Shown here: piece by piece, positions 40,329-50,046 of the stretch
How the letters are laid out: every line of letters begins with the position of its first letter
Numbering within the stretch: the first letter of the stretch is position 1
DNA from: Clostridia bacterium
GTDB taxonomy: Bacteria > Bacillota > Clostridia > Oscillospirales > CAG-272
NCBI GenBank assembly: GCA_017622085.1
Contig: JAGARU010000127.1
Location: forward strand, 18,247-82,246
Direction: 5' to 3'
DNA length: 64,000 nt
Made by a program: the position numbers and the translations under genes
The notes under the pieces: generated by a model
What the model saw: the letters and a program-made list of their open reading frames with translations, nothing else
Told to the model about the DNA's origin: nothing
The model's database searches: none

Positions 40329-40357
40329 TTGACATTTTTTGCTTTATATGATATCAT
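40329..40357 (+). promoter_or_regulatory. Promoter of the cassette gene
   Basis: TTGACA (40329-40334), 17 nt, TGaTATCAT (40349-40357). Two AAGGAGG boxes precede the ATG. Confidence 0.6.
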
Positions 40358-40450
40358 ATATACAGTGTATGATGCAACACATGGCACGTTGTGCTTGGTG
40401 TCGAAGTGTATTTTTTGTTAGAAGGAGGAGTATAGTAAGGAGGTAACAAG

Positions 40451-41461
40451 ATGAAAAAGATAACGGTATTTTTGGCACTGCTTATGCTTATCATAGTCGT
40501 CGTATGTGTTTCTTGTGGAGAATCCTTTGGGCATATCGCAGATACTACACCAGCCTTATCGAATACTCCACGCAAGGAACTGATAAGTGTTCATGATTAT
40601 GAGGTTTTATTATATGCGACAGGAGCAGGCGAATCTCATACCGGTAACATTTCACGTTATCAGGGAGAAGAGTTAGAGGCATATACATGGACACAGAAGA
40701 GTAATAGGTCGTCTGTAAAAAAGGTTACTTTATTCGGAAATGAGTATAACGTCCATTATAGTCGGTCAATGATATTGGATAATTATGCTAATGAATTGGA
40801 TCGATATAGTCGTGTTGTTGGAATGACGGGCCTTTCGATTATGTGGGATTCGGTTACGGAAAAAATTGTTCATTATTCCGTTACTCCTGCGAATAATCGA
40901 GACTATAATTCTCCTGTAAATCCAAATTCTACAGAAGAAGCTTTTCTTGATTATGTTAAAAAAGTTTTTATAGGGTGCACGGGTATCTCTTTGGAAGGAT
41001 GGGATGTGCGTGTTACTACGTATCGCGAGGAGTATGGGACTCAGGCCGGATTCATCAATTACAGCCATGAGACCCCGGAATATAACGCGCAGTATACATT
41101 TGTTTTTTATAAAACGATAGGTGGCATCGAGCGAAATGATGCTATGTATATTACCGTGACCAACGTAGGAGAGATTGTTCAACTTCGCGCGATCAATTAC
41201 GAGAAGGCTTTTGAACCCTTTGGCGACGTGGTTATCAATCGAACAAAAGTGGAAGAAGCTTTGCTTGCTGCATTTCAACAGGAATTTGGCGGCCGTGTCA
41301 CCTCCGAGCATATTGCAGAATTGTGTTTGGTGGTTAAGGATGATGTTTTGTGGGCAAAGGCAACCATCGAGTATTCTACCGGCCGGGCAAAAGGCGGCGT
41401 TATCTATGTTGTGAAGGTAGCGGAACTAAAGTCGGAAGAATTCAGTGATCAGCTGCAGTAA
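40451..41461 (+). CDS. Hypothetical secreted protein / probable lipoprotein (no recognisable family)
   Basis: 336 aa. N-terminus MKKITVFLALLMLIIVVVCVSCG (signal peptide with a Cys-containing cleavage region). Strong SD. The stop TAA lies inside repeat copy 2. Confidence 0.7.
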   Translation: MKKITVFLALLMLIIVVVCVSCGESFGHIADTTPALSNTPRKELISVHDYEVLLYATGAGESHTGNISRYQGEELEAYTWTQKSNRSSVKKVTLFGNEYNVHYSRSMILDNYANELDRYSRVVGMTGLSIMWDSVTEKIVHYSVTPANNRDYNSPVNPNSTEEAFLDYVKKVFIGCTGISLEGWDVRVTTYREEYGTQAGFINYSHETPEYNAQYTFVFYKTIGGIERNDAMYITVTNVGEIVQLRAINYEKAFEPFGDVVINRTKVEEALLAAFQQEFGGRVTSEHIAELCLVVKDDVLWAKATIEYSTGRAKGGVIYVVKVAELKSEEFSDQLQ

Positions 41462-41501
41462 GGATTCCAAGGTTAAGGAAGCAACCGACAGATAATCAAG
41501 C
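41458..41501 (+). repeat. Direct repeat copy 2 (44 bp)
   Basis: Identical to 40227-40270. Not part of an rplS reading frame here. Confidence 0.95.
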
Positions 41502-41503
41502 AC

Positions 41504-41536
41504 AAAAAAGGGATGCGAAAAATCGCATCCCTTTAT
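41504..41536 (+). terminator. Rho-independent terminator after repeat copy 2
   Basis: GGGATGCGA-AAAA-TCGCATCCC, preceded by A6 and followed by TTTAT. Confidence 0.75.
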
Positions 41537-41557
41537 CTGTTTGTGTGAGAAACCATA

Positions 41558-41615
41558 AAAGTCATTATAAAGCTGTAATTCTGCAACTTTATAATGACTT
41601 TTTATAATGACTTTT
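41558..41615. terminator. 15-bp-stem hairpin plus tandem 13-bp duplication (ychF-side terminator)
   Basis: AAAGTCATTATAAAG (41558-41572) pairs with CTTTATAATGACTTT (41587-41601). TATAATGACTTTT is repeated in tandem (41590-41602 and 41603-41615). Confidence 0.6.
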
Positions 41616-41636
41616 TGTTTTGCGGATGGTTGCTTT

Positions 41637-42731
41637 TTATACGTTAAACCGGAATAGAACGATATCGCCGTCCTTGATGACGTATTCCTTGCCCTCGGAA
41701 CGGAGCAGACCCTTTTCCTTTACCGCGTTCATGGAGCCGCAAGCCACCAAATCGTCATAAGCCACGATTTCCGCACGGATAAAGCCGCGCTCAAAGTCGC
41801 TGTGGATCTTGCCCGCCGCCTGGGGCGCCTTAGTACCCTTGGTGATAGTCCATGCGCGAACCTCCTTGGGGCCGGCGGTCAGATAGCTGATCAGACCCAG
41901 CAGGGAATAGCTTGCACGGATTAGCTTGTCAAGGCCGGATTCCTCAATGCCCAGATCGTCGAGGAACATCTTCTTTTCCTCGCCCTCAAGCTCGGAGATC
42001 TCCGCCTCGATCTGCGCGCAAACAGGGATAACACCGGAGCCTTCCTCTGCCGCAAACTTCACCACCGCCTGATAGTGAGGATTATCGGAGAGGTCGCCGC
42101 CTACCTCATCCTCGCGGATGTTGGCGGCGTAAATCACGGGCTTCATGGAGAGCAGGGGAACGTCGGCAAACAGAGCCAGCTCGTCCGCATCCAGCTCAAC
42201 GCTACGGGCACTCTTGCCATTTTCCAGTTCCTTCATTACCTTCTCATAAACCGCAAGCTCAGCCTCCAGGGTCTTGTCGCCCTTCATCAGCTTCTTGGTG
42301 CGGTCGATGCGGCGCTCAAGAATCTCCATGTCGGAGAGGATCAGCTCCATGTTAATGATATCCACGTCGCGAATAGGATCCACCCCACCCTCCACGTGAA
42401 TAATGTCGGAGTTTTCAAAGCAGCGAAGCACGTGCACAATGGCATCCACCTCGCGGATATGGGAGAGGAACTTGTTGCCAAGACCTTCACCCTGGGATGC
42501 ACCCTTAACGAGACCGGCAATGTCAACGAATTCGATCACAGCGGGAGTATACAGCTCAGGGTTGTACATTTCCGCCAAGTAGTCCAACCGCTTGTCCGGC
42601 ACGGTAACCACGCCTACGTTCGGTTCAATGGTGCAGAAGGGATAGTTGGCGCTTTCCGCCTTTGCGTTTGTCAAAGCATTAAACAGGGTACTCTTGCCTA
42701 CGTTCGGCAAGCCCACAATACCAAGCTTCAT
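41637..42731 (-). CDS. ychF: Redox-regulated ribosome-binding ATPase YchF
   Basis: Start trimmed to ATG 42731 ([21 protein letters not shown]...). C-terminal [29 protein letters not shown] block. Confidence 0.93.
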   Translation of the reverse strand: MKLGIVGLPNVGKSTLFNALTNAKAESANYPFCTIEPNVGVVTVPDKRLDYLAEMYNPELYTPAVIEFVDIAGLVKGASQGEGLGNKFLSHIREVDAIVHVLRCFENSDIIHVEGGVDPIRDVDIINMELILSDMEILERRIDRTKKLMKGDKTLEAELAVYEKVMKELENGKSARSVELDADELALFADVPLLSMKPVIYAANIREDEVGGDLSDNPHYQAVVKFAAEEGSGVIPVCAQIEAEISELEGEEKKMFLDDLGIEESGLDKLIRASYSLLGLISYLTAGPKEVRAWTITKGTKAPQAAGKIHSDFERGFIRAEIVAYDDLVACGSMNAVKEKGLLRSEGKEYVIKDGDIVLFRFNV

Positions 42732-42935
42732 GGTGTTATATTCCTTTCTCCGGCGCAAAAGCGCCCTACAGAAGATATTTAATATTTTCGTCCCAGTATA
42801 CCACAAAACTGCCCGAAAGGCAAGAGAAAAAGCAATTTTTGCTGAAAACCTCCCCAAAAACAGGAAACCTTTCCGAATAATTCAATTTTTAGTCACAAAA
42901 CCTTCACTTCCTTCTGTTAAAATAAATGCAAACCG

Positions 42936-42964
42936 TTTACAAAATGAAAAAAAAGTGTTATAAT
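42936..42964 (+). promoter_or_regulatory. sigma-A type promoter for the first two-component operon
   Basis: TTTACA (42936-42941), 17 nt, TATAAT (42959-42964), with TGt giving an extended -10. Confidence 0.6.
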
Positions 42965-43016
42965 TCAGTTGGATAATTTTGTGTACGGAACCGAATTTGA
43001 TTGGAACGGAGATAAA

Positions 43017-43706
43017 ATGGCAACAAGACTTTTGGTCGTTGACGACGATAACAACATCTGTGATCTTTTGAAGATCTATTTTGAGAGCGAAGGCTACGAG
43101 GTAAAAACCGCTGGTGACGGCGTGGAGGGCATTTCTGCCTTCAAAATGTACGATCCCGATCTGGTTCTCCTTGATATTATGATGCCGAAAAAAGACGGCT
43201 GGCAGGTCTGCCGCGAGATCCGGGAGATCTCCTCCAAGCCCGTTATTATGATTACCGCCAAGGGCGAGATCTTTGATAAGGTTCTCGGTCTTGAGCTTGG
43301 CGCGGACGATTTTGTGGTCAAGCCCTTTGACATGAAGGAGCTTTCCGCCCGCGTAAAGGCCGTTTTGCGCCGTTACCAGAGTCAGGGGGCGGAGCGTGAC
43401 AGCGATGTGATCAAGTTTGATAACATTGAGATCAGCCATGAGAAGTTTGAGCTTAAGCTGAGAGGCAAGCCCGTGGACGTGCCGCCCAAGGAGCTGGAGC
43501 TTTTGTACTTCCTTGCCTCCAACTTCAATCACGTATTCACCCGTGATCAGCTGCTCGACAAGGTCTGGGGCTTTGATTATCTGGGCGACTCTCGTACCGT
43601 AGACGTGCACATCAAGCGTCTCAGAGAAAAGCTGGACGGTGTTTCCGACAAGTGGAATCTGAAAACCGTATGGGGCGTCGGCTACAAGTTTGAGCTTTTG
43701 CAGTAA
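43017..43706 (+). CDS. OmpR/PhoB-family response regulator
   Basis: Start at ATG 43017 (MATRLLVVDDD...). Receiver domain Asp pocket (LLDIMMP) and a winged-helix C-terminus (TVDVHIKRLREKL...WGVGYKF). Confidence 0.9.
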   Translation: MATRLLVVDDDNNICDLLKIYFESEGYEVKTAGDGVEGISAFKMYDPDLVLLDIMMPKKDGWQVCREIREISSKPVIMITAKGEIFDKVLGLELGADDFVVKPFDMKELSARVKAVLRRYQSQGAERDSDVIKFDNIEISHEKFELKLRGKPVDVPPKELELLYFLASNFNHVFTRDQLLDKVWGFDYLGDSRTVDVHIKRLREKLDGVSDKWNLKTVWGVGYKFELLQ

Positions 43707-43712
43707 GTAAAC

Positions 43713-43751
43713 AATGGGGGTTGCCGCACATCGGTGTAGCAACCCCATTTT
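43713..43751 (+). terminator. Intercistronic terminator-like hairpin between the RR and HK genes
   Basis: AATGGGGGTTGC ... GCAACCCCATT (11 bp, one bulged G), followed by TTT. Probably attenuates HK expression. Confidence 0.45.
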
Positions 43752-43765
43752 AACGGAGGCAAACC

Positions 43766-45289
43766 TTGGTTAAGAGCTTATTTTCCAAATACGTCATGAC
43801 CTTTGTGGTCCTGCTTTTGGTCAGTATTCTTATTATCGGCGGCGTGTTTGTCGGCCTCATGAACAGCTACTCCATGAACTTGAAGCACAAGGAGTTGGCA
43901 AGAACGGCAGACTCCTTCTCCGCCTTTATGCAGCAGATCTACATCATGGAGGATGGCCCCTTGGTGGATACGGTAAACAAAAACTCCCAAGCCCTGTCCA
44001 CCATGCTTCCCATCTTCTTTCCGGAGATCGGCGATATGGTTCTTGTCCTCACCGACGAGACGGGTGTAGCTATCCTGGTGGCAGAATCCCTGTCCCAAAT
44101 GGAAACCGTCTATACCGGCAGTCAGGTTTCCTACGCCCACGTGCTCTTGGACACCGCTTTGGCCGTTCCGCTTCTTGATACCATCCGTGGAGAAGGCGCT
44201 CTCCGCGGCTTTGGCGATGCCGAGGGCCTGCTCCGCACCCCCGGTCTTTATCACGGAAAGGGAATTTATGACGCTGAGGGCAACTTTATCGGTACGGTCC
44301 TTGTGCATACGGAGAATCAGGGCATGGATACCTTGCTCCTTGCTACCACCCGTACCATGACCGTGGCCGGCCTTTGGATCACTCTGGCTGCCCTCGTATC
44401 CGTATATATCCTCAGCGAGCGGATCATTCGCCCTCTTAAGCATATGAGTCGTGCCGCCAAGCATTTTGCGGCTGGGCAGTTCGATATCCGCGTGCCCGTC
44501 GTGGGTCACGATGAGGTGGCCGAGCTGGCAACCGCCTTTAATCAGATGGCGGACTCCCTTGCCCGCAACGAGGATATGCGCCGTACCTTCCTTGCAAACG
44601 TATCCCACGACCTGCGCACTCCCATGACTACCATCTCCGGCTATATCGATAATATCCTTGCCGGTGCCATCAAGCCCGACGAGTACGAGCGTTACCTTGG
44701 CATCATTTCCAAGGAGGTTAAGCGCCTCTCACGCCTGGTTACCTCGCTCCTTGATATTTCCCGTATGCAGGCCGGCGAGCGTAAGTTTGATATCGCCGAA
44801 TTCGATGCCTGCGAGCTGGCTCGCCAGGTGCTGATCTCCTTTGAGCAAAAGATCACCGATAAAAATTTGGACGTGGAGTTCTCTTGCGATCGAGACAAAA
44901 TGCCCGTTTTGGCCGACCGCGACGCCATCCATCAGATCCTGTACAATCTGTGCGATAACGCCGTAAAATTCTCTATCGACGGCGGACATTATCTGCTCAC
45001 CCTGCGGGATCACGGCGATAAGGTGCACATCTCCGTATATAACGACGGAGAGGGCATCCCGGAGAGCGACATTCCGTATGTCTTTGACCGATTCTATAAG
45101 AGCGACCGTAGCCGCGGCCTCGATAAAACCGGCGTAGGCTTGGGCCTGTATATTTGCCGCACCATCATTGAGTCCCACGGGGAACGCATCTGGGTGGAAA
45201 GTGACTACGGCCACAACTGTATGTTCACCTTCTCCTTAAAGCGCGCCGACAAAGCCGAGGAATCCCCTCGCGCCTCCCGCGGAGTCTGA
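43766..45289 (+). CDS. Sensor histidine kinase (2 TM, HAMP, HisKA, HATPase_c)
   Basis: TTG start behind GGAGG. H-box FLANVSHDLRTPMTTI, N-box LCDNAVKFS, G-boxes DRSRG...GVGLGLYI. Confidence 0.88.
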   Translation: MVKSLFSKYVMTFVVLLLVSILIIGGVFVGLMNSYSMNLKHKELARTADSFSAFMQQIYIMEDGPLVDTVNKNSQALSTMLPIFFPEIGDMVLVLTDETGVAILVAESLSQMETVYTGSQVSYAHVLLDTALAVPLLDTIRGEGALRGFGDAEGLLRTPGLYHGKGIYDAEGNFIGTVLVHTENQGMDTLLLATTRTMTVAGLWITLAALVSVYILSERIIRPLKHMSRAAKHFAAGQFDIRVPVVGHDEVAELATAFNQMADSLARNEDMRRTFLANVSHDLRTPMTTISGYIDNILAGAIKPDEYERYLGIISKEVKRLSRLVTSLLDISRMQAGERKFDIAEFDACELARQVLISFEQKITDKNLDVEFSCDRDKMPVLADRDAIHQILYNLCDNAVKFSIDGGHYLLTLRDHGDKVHISVYNDGEGIPESDIPYVFDRFYKSDRSRGLDKTGVGLGLYICRTIIESHGERIWVESDYGHNCMFTFSLKRADKAEESPRASRGV

Positions 45290-45306
45290 TCCGGAAAGGA
45301 ATTACT

Positions 45307-46440
45307 ATGACAGAAACGATTCAATACGTAGCCACTTGCCTTTTTGGCCTTGAAAGCCTTTTGGGGGCAGAAATTGATAAATTGGGTTACCGACGTCTCG
45401 ACACGATGGACGGCCGTGTTACCTTTGAGGGAGATCGTGCCGCCGTTGCCCGCTGTAACGTGGGTCTCCGCTATGCCGAGCGTCTCTACGTCCGGATCGG
45501 CGGCTTCCGTGCCACCACCTTTGACGATCTGTTCGAGGGCACCAAGGCGCTCCCGTGGGAGCAGTATATTGGCGCAAACGACGCCTTCCCGGTACGCGGA
45601 CACTCCATCAAAAGCACCCTGTTCTCCGTGCCCGATTGCCAAAGCATCATAAAAAAGGCCATTGTATCCCGCCTCGGTGCAAAATACGGCATCCGTTGGT
45701 TTGAGGAGACCGGCGTTAAGTATCAAATTGATTTCTTCCTCTTTAAGGACGAGATCACCCTGATGATCGACACCTCCGGCACACCCCTCCATAAGCGCGG
45801 CTACCGCCCCTTGGCTAACGCCGCTCCCCTCCGGGAGACCTTGGCCGCCGCTGTTGCCGCTTTGGCACGCCCGAGAGAGGACGTTTTGTTCTGGGATCCC
45901 TTCTGCGGCTCCGGAACCATCGCCGTGGAGGCCGCTATGATGATGACCAACCGCGCCCCTGGCATGAACCGCTATTTCGATGCCGAGCGTTTTCCCGCCT
46001 TCGGTAAGGAGCTCTTCAATGAGGCCAGGGAGGAGGCCAAGGATCTGGTTATCCGCGACTCCAAATTTGAGGTTTACGCTTCCGACATTGACCCGGAATG
46101 CGTGCATATTGCCATCGAGAGTGCCAAGCACGCCGGGGTGTATGAGCAGATGAAAATTTTCCGCGCCGATGCCCTCACCATCAAAACCGGTGGCCGCCGC
46201 GGCACCGTGGTGTGCAATCCCCCCTATGGCGAGCGGATGATGACCCTTCGTGAGGCGGAGAATCTGTATCGTAAAATGGGAGAGCACTTTAAAACCCTCG
46301 ACCGTTGGCAGATCTACGTCCTTACCTCTCACGACCGTTTCGGCAACGTGTACGGACGCCGCCCCGATAAGGTGCGCAAGCTCTATAACGGCATGATTCC
46401 GTGCTATTTCTACCAATTTTTCAAAAACGACAAGGTTTAA
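45307..46440 (+). CDS. THUMP-domain class I SAM-dependent RNA methyltransferase (RlmL/YpsC-like)
   Basis: 377 aa. N-terminal THUMP region, DPFCGSGT (motif I) and NPPYGERM (motif IV). Confidence 0.85.
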   Translation: MTETIQYVATCLFGLESLLGAEIDKLGYRRLDTMDGRVTFEGDRAAVARCNVGLRYAERLYVRIGGFRATTFDDLFEGTKALPWEQYIGANDAFPVRGHSIKSTLFSVPDCQSIIKKAIVSRLGAKYGIRWFEETGVKYQIDFFLFKDEITLMIDTSGTPLHKRGYRPLANAAPLRETLAAAVAALARPREDVLFWDPFCGSGTIAVEAAMMMTNRAPGMNRYFDAERFPAFGKELFNEAREEAKDLVIRDSKFEVYASDIDPECVHIAIESAKHAGVYEQMKIFRADALTIKTGGRRGTVVCNPPYGERMMTLREAENLYRKMGEHFKTLDRWQIYVLTSHDRFGNVYGRRPDKVRKLYNGMIPCYFYQFFKNDKV

Positions 46441-46494
46441 AAAAACAGTCCTCCGGACATACTGTGAAAAACAGAATGTTCGGAGGATTTTTTA

Positions 46495-47910
46495 ATGCAA
46501 ACCAACAGGGAAGTGCTCGCCGGGAGCTACCGGGCAAACGTAACGCGAATCGATACTGCCCTCCGTGTGGAGGAAAGCTTTGATATCATCAAAAAAACCA
46601 TGACCTTCGCCGGGGAAGAAAGCACCCTATACTACATCGACGGCTTCGTTAAAGCGGAAATGATGCAAAAGCTGATGATGCATTTTGTGTCGCTCAAACA
46701 GCTCCCGACGGGCATCGATGGCTTCGTCTATGAAAACGTGCCTGCCGTGGAGGTGGATGTAACGGATTCTGTGGATTCCATCGTCACCATGGTTCTCAGC
46801 GGCTGTACCGCCATGCTGTGCAGTGCCTATGGCGGAGAAGCTGTCATCATCGATGCCCGTACCTATCCCGCAAGAGAAACCTCCGAGCCGGAAAACGATA
46901 AGGTCATGCGCGGCTCCCGGGATGGTTTTGTGGAAACCATGATCTTCAATACCGCCCTGATCCGCCGCCGCATCCGCGACCCCCGCCTTACGGTCCGTTA
47001 CCAAAGTGTGGGAAAGGCCTCCCGCACCGATCTGGCGGTTCTTTATATGGAGCATAAGGTGAATCGCAGGATGCTCGCATCGCTTATGAATAAGCTGAGC
47101 GCCCTGCAAACCGATTCGCTCTCCATGGGACACCAAAGTCTGGCCGAATGCCTGATTCCCCATGGTTGGCTGAACCCGTTTCCCAAATACCGCGCCACCG
47201 AGCGCCCCGATGCGGCCGCCGCCTCCATTCTTGAAGGGAGCGTCATCGTCCTGTGCGATAATTCCCCGGAGGCGCTGATCTTTCCTACGTCCATCTTTGA
47301 TTTTTTGCAGGAAACCGACGATTTCTATTTTCCGCCTCTTACGGGAACGTATTTGCGCATCGTTCGCTTTTTTGTGTTCTTTCTTTCCGCCTTCATTACT
47401 CCGGTCTGGTATCTGATTTTAATGTACCCAACCGCGACTCCCACGTGGCTGCAGTTCATCATTCCGGAGCAGTTTGGCAAAATTCCTATCCTTGTCCAGC
47501 TTCTCCTGTGCGAGTTTGCCATTGACGGTCTGAAGCTGGCCTCCCTTAATACCCCCAATATGCTGTCCAATTCCTTCAGCGCCGTTGCCGGACTGATTTT
47601 GGGCGATTTCGCCGTACAGGTGGGATGGCTTTCAAACGAGGTTATCTTCTATATGGCCTTTGTCGCCCTAGCCAGCTTTACCCAGTCCAGCTACGAGCTT
47701 GGCTACGCCCTGAAGTTTTTCCGCATCCTCATGCTGCTTCTTACCGCCACCTTTGGCCTTTGGGGTCTCATCGCCGGCGTTGCCATCATGACCCTGACCC
47801 TTGTCCTCACTCGCCCCTTGGGCGGGCAGAGAAGCTATCTTTATCCCTTGATCCCCTTTAACGGCCGCGCCCTCGCCAGCCTCTTCTTTAGATTGAAGAA
47901 GAAGGATTAA
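46495..47910 (+). CDS. GerA-family spore germination protein (SpoVAF-like, orphan)
   Basis: 471 aa. Soluble N-terminal domain, then 5 C-terminal TM helices, with GerAA/SpoVAF-type blocks (RTYPARETSEPENDKVMRGSRDGFVET, IRRRIRDP). No GerB/GerC partner genes nearby. Confidence 0.75.
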   Translation: MQTNREVLAGSYRANVTRIDTALRVEESFDIIKKTMTFAGEESTLYYIDGFVKAEMMQKLMMHFVSLKQLPTGIDGFVYENVPAVEVDVTDSVDSIVTMVLSGCTAMLCSAYGGEAVIIDARTYPARETSEPENDKVMRGSRDGFVETMIFNTALIRRRIRDPRLTVRYQSVGKASRTDLAVLYMEHKVNRRMLASLMNKLSALQTDSLSMGHQSLAECLIPHGWLNPFPKYRATERPDAAAASILEGSVIVLCDNSPEALIFPTSIFDFLQETDDFYFPPLTGTYLRIVRFFVFFLSAFITPVWYLILMYPTATPTWLQFIIPEQFGKIPILVQLLLCEFAIDGLKLASLNTPNMLSNSFSAVAGLILGDFAVQVGWLSNEVIFYMAFVALASFTQSSYELGYALKFFRILMLLLTATFGLWGLIAGVAIMTLTLVLTRPLGGQRSYLYPLIPFNGRALASLFFRLKKKD

Positions 47911-47918
47911 AAGAATAC

Positions 47919-47950
47919 GGGGGCCTTTCTTTGCAAAAAGAAAGGCCCCC
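47919..47950. terminator. 13-bp-stem hairpin after the spoVAF-like gene
   Basis: GGGGGCCTTTCTT-TGCAAA-AAGAAAGGCCCCC. No U tract on the plus strand. Marks the left edge of the AT-rich islet. Confidence 0.5.
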
Positions 47951-48270
47951 GAACTCCCAAAGAAATGATGAGGGTGGAATGTCATGGCTTCTCCAAGTTA
48001 GTTTTTGCCTCGCTTTTTTCAAAAAGCTCATGAGTGTGATTGATATTCCCCAGAAATGTTTTTTTGGATGAAAGAATATTTACTCTGTATTAAATAGCGG
48101 TTCATATAAATTTAAAATTCGTAAGGTAAAATATGCCTACAATTCCAAAAGAAAGCGAATTGTAAGAAAACTATGTTGAAGGAGGGATGCAATGCAAATT
48201 TATGTACTATATGAGATTGACTAACATAAGAACGTCCGAAAAGAGAGTTACGTAGGCGACTCGCGTTAGA

Positions 48271-48284
48271 CTATCCATGGATAG
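48271..48284. promoter_or_regulatory. Perfect 14-bp palindrome (possible operator)
   Basis: CTATCCATGGATAG, 15 nt upstream of the ATG at 48300. Confidence 0.3.
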
Positions 48285-48463
48285 TAGAAAGGAATAATTA
48301 TGGCAACACCAAGATTTGAACAAGCAACTTATACACTCAATCGTACAGTGAATGGAGTGGTGATGCAAAGACGGTTTATTTAAGATATATTCTTTGCAAT
48401 GGCCATGATATTACACATCGATATATTTACAATAATTCCCTTTTTAAATCAGGGTATTACGGA

Positions 48464-49207
48464 ATGAATGGCACTTTTTATAATAAGGACACTGGTATTA
48501 TTAGTTCTGTTGCGATTGCTGACGGACAAATTTTACATTCCAATGGTGGATATAACAGTGCGGATCCAACTGGCACAAAAAAACAGGGAACATACTCACA
48601 ACTAATTTCAAGTGTGAATGGAATACTTTGTTTTTCTGACCTCGTGGGAATATATGATGGTCATGTGTATAACAATACGATAATGACAATTGAAAATTGT
48701 AAATTTGCGGTGGGGGGAGTTAGTCTTTACCCAGCCGATGAATCGTTGGTTTCAGCTAATGATTATTATGCGGCCATAAGCAATGAGGGAGAGGATCAAT
48801 CTTATGTACCTAGCCAATACGTGCCGAGAAGTGCAATCGTATATATAGGTGGAAATCTTCATGATGGGCTTAATACCGTTTTGCTTACAGTGACCGCTGA
48901 TCCGGGTACTGTTGTCTACAATAATGATAACGGGTACTTGGTGCGTGGAGAAAGGACGGATGGGGTTTCTTTATGGGAACTTCGAGAAATTGTCAATGGC
49001 TATTTTGGAGCCATGTTGTCGACACCATCTACTCATGTGTATCATGCAATTGCATTGGATGGCGGAAGTTCAGTTTCAATAACTTATAAAAATAATGATG
49101 GCGTAAGAGAAAGCTATGCAATGGAGGCTGGCGAGAAAGGCTGGGCAAAATCACTAACAAGTGTTCTCACTGTGCCTGATGTTGAATTTGTTGGATACGT
49201 CACTTGA
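48464..49207 (+). CDS. Phosphodiester glycosidase (NAGPA/DUF2233)-like protein, probably 5'-disrupted
   Basis: 247 aa from ATG 48464. The GMNGTFYN and AIALDGGSSVS motifs resemble the NAGPA domain. The frame stays open for 48 more codons upstream without a start codon (see findings). Confidence 0.5.
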   Translation: MNGTFYNKDTGIISSVAIADGQILHSNGGYNSADPTGTKKQGTYSQLISSVNGILCFSDLVGIYDGHVYNNTIMTIENCKFAVGGVSLYPADESLVSANDYYAAISNEGEDQSYVPSQYVPRSAIVYIGGNLHDGLNTVLLTVTADPGTVVYNNDNGYLVRGERTDGVSLWELREIVNGYFGAMLSTPSTHVYHAIALDGGSSVSITYKNNDGVRESYAMEAGEKGWAKSLTSVLTVPDVEFVGYVT

Positions 49208-49233
49208 TCATGTTAAGAAAGGAACGTGCATTG

Positions 49234-50046
49234 ATGAAAAAAATATTACCCGCATTTGTTCTTGCGATCAGCATTCTACTGCTAACGGGTTGCGGAAATG
49301 TGCAAAACCGGGCGGATGTTATTGTTTGTCAAGACGAGCAGGGCAGCTACTACGCCACATCATCCGACGGAAAAACCTTTTTATTTTATTATCCGGGCAA
49401 TGCTGCAGAATCCTTTACTGTTCCGGACGGAATTGAGATTGTGGCAGAGGATGCTTTTGCGTACATCCCCAACCTGAAGGAGCTTTCCTTTGCATCCTCG
49501 GTTCAATTCATCCATACAGGAGCGTTTTCAGCGAATTTTGACACAATCAAACTGGAAAAACTAACGATTCCCGCATCCGTACAGAATTATAAGAATTCAA
49601 GATTTGAATTTCATGGCCCGTATCTCAAGGAGCTGATTATCGAGTGTGAAATTGGTGACAGTTTGCATTTGGCGGATTGCAAAAGCTTAAATAAGCTCAC
49701 GCTGGCTACTGTTCCAAAAGAGCTTAATTGGTATTCGTTCTACTGTAATATGAATTTAACTTCAATTGTTGTAATTGGGCAGGAATCCATTCGGGACGAA
49801 GCTTTTGAGGCTTATTGTGCTTCAAAAAACGACTATCCTGTTTTATACATTCCGGATGGCGTGGAGGTTTTGGAGAACGAATTGATCTATTCGTGCGTAA
49901 ATCTTTACGTTCCTGATTCCGTCAAGACGGTGAGCGAGTGGCTGTATTACAAAATCGACGGTGATGTGATCGTTTCCATATCGCCAAACACAGAAATTAG
50001 CGGCAGCGGTGTGCTTCAACGCGTTGCCGAAACTGTCGTCCGATAG
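49234..50046 (+). CDS. Leucine-rich-repeat (BspA/LRR_5-type) lipoprotein
   Basis: Start at ATG 49234 (MKKILPAFVLAISILLLTGCGN, lipobox LTGC). Repeats of the pattern I.IP..V..I...AF..C..L.. Confidence 0.
   Translation: MKKILPAFVLAISILLLTGCGNVQNRADVIVCQDEQGSYYATSSDGKTFLFYYPGNAAESFTVPDGIEIVAEDAFAYIPNLKELSFASSVQFIHTGAFSANFDTIKLEKLTIPASVQNYKNSRFEFHGPYLKELIIECEIGDSLHLADCKSLNKLTLATVPKELNWYSFYCNMNLTSIVVIGQESIRDEAFEAYCASKNDYPVLYIPDGVEVLENELIYSCVNLYVPDSVKTVSEWLYYKIDGDVIVSISPNTEISGSGVLQRVAETVVR

Larger units (their letters stand above)
40271..41501 (+). mobile_element. Putative inserted single-gene cassette (no recombinase gene)
   Basis: Bracketed by the 44-bp direct repeat. Carries its own terminator, promoter, SD and ORF. 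More AT-rich than its flanks. Confidence 0.35.
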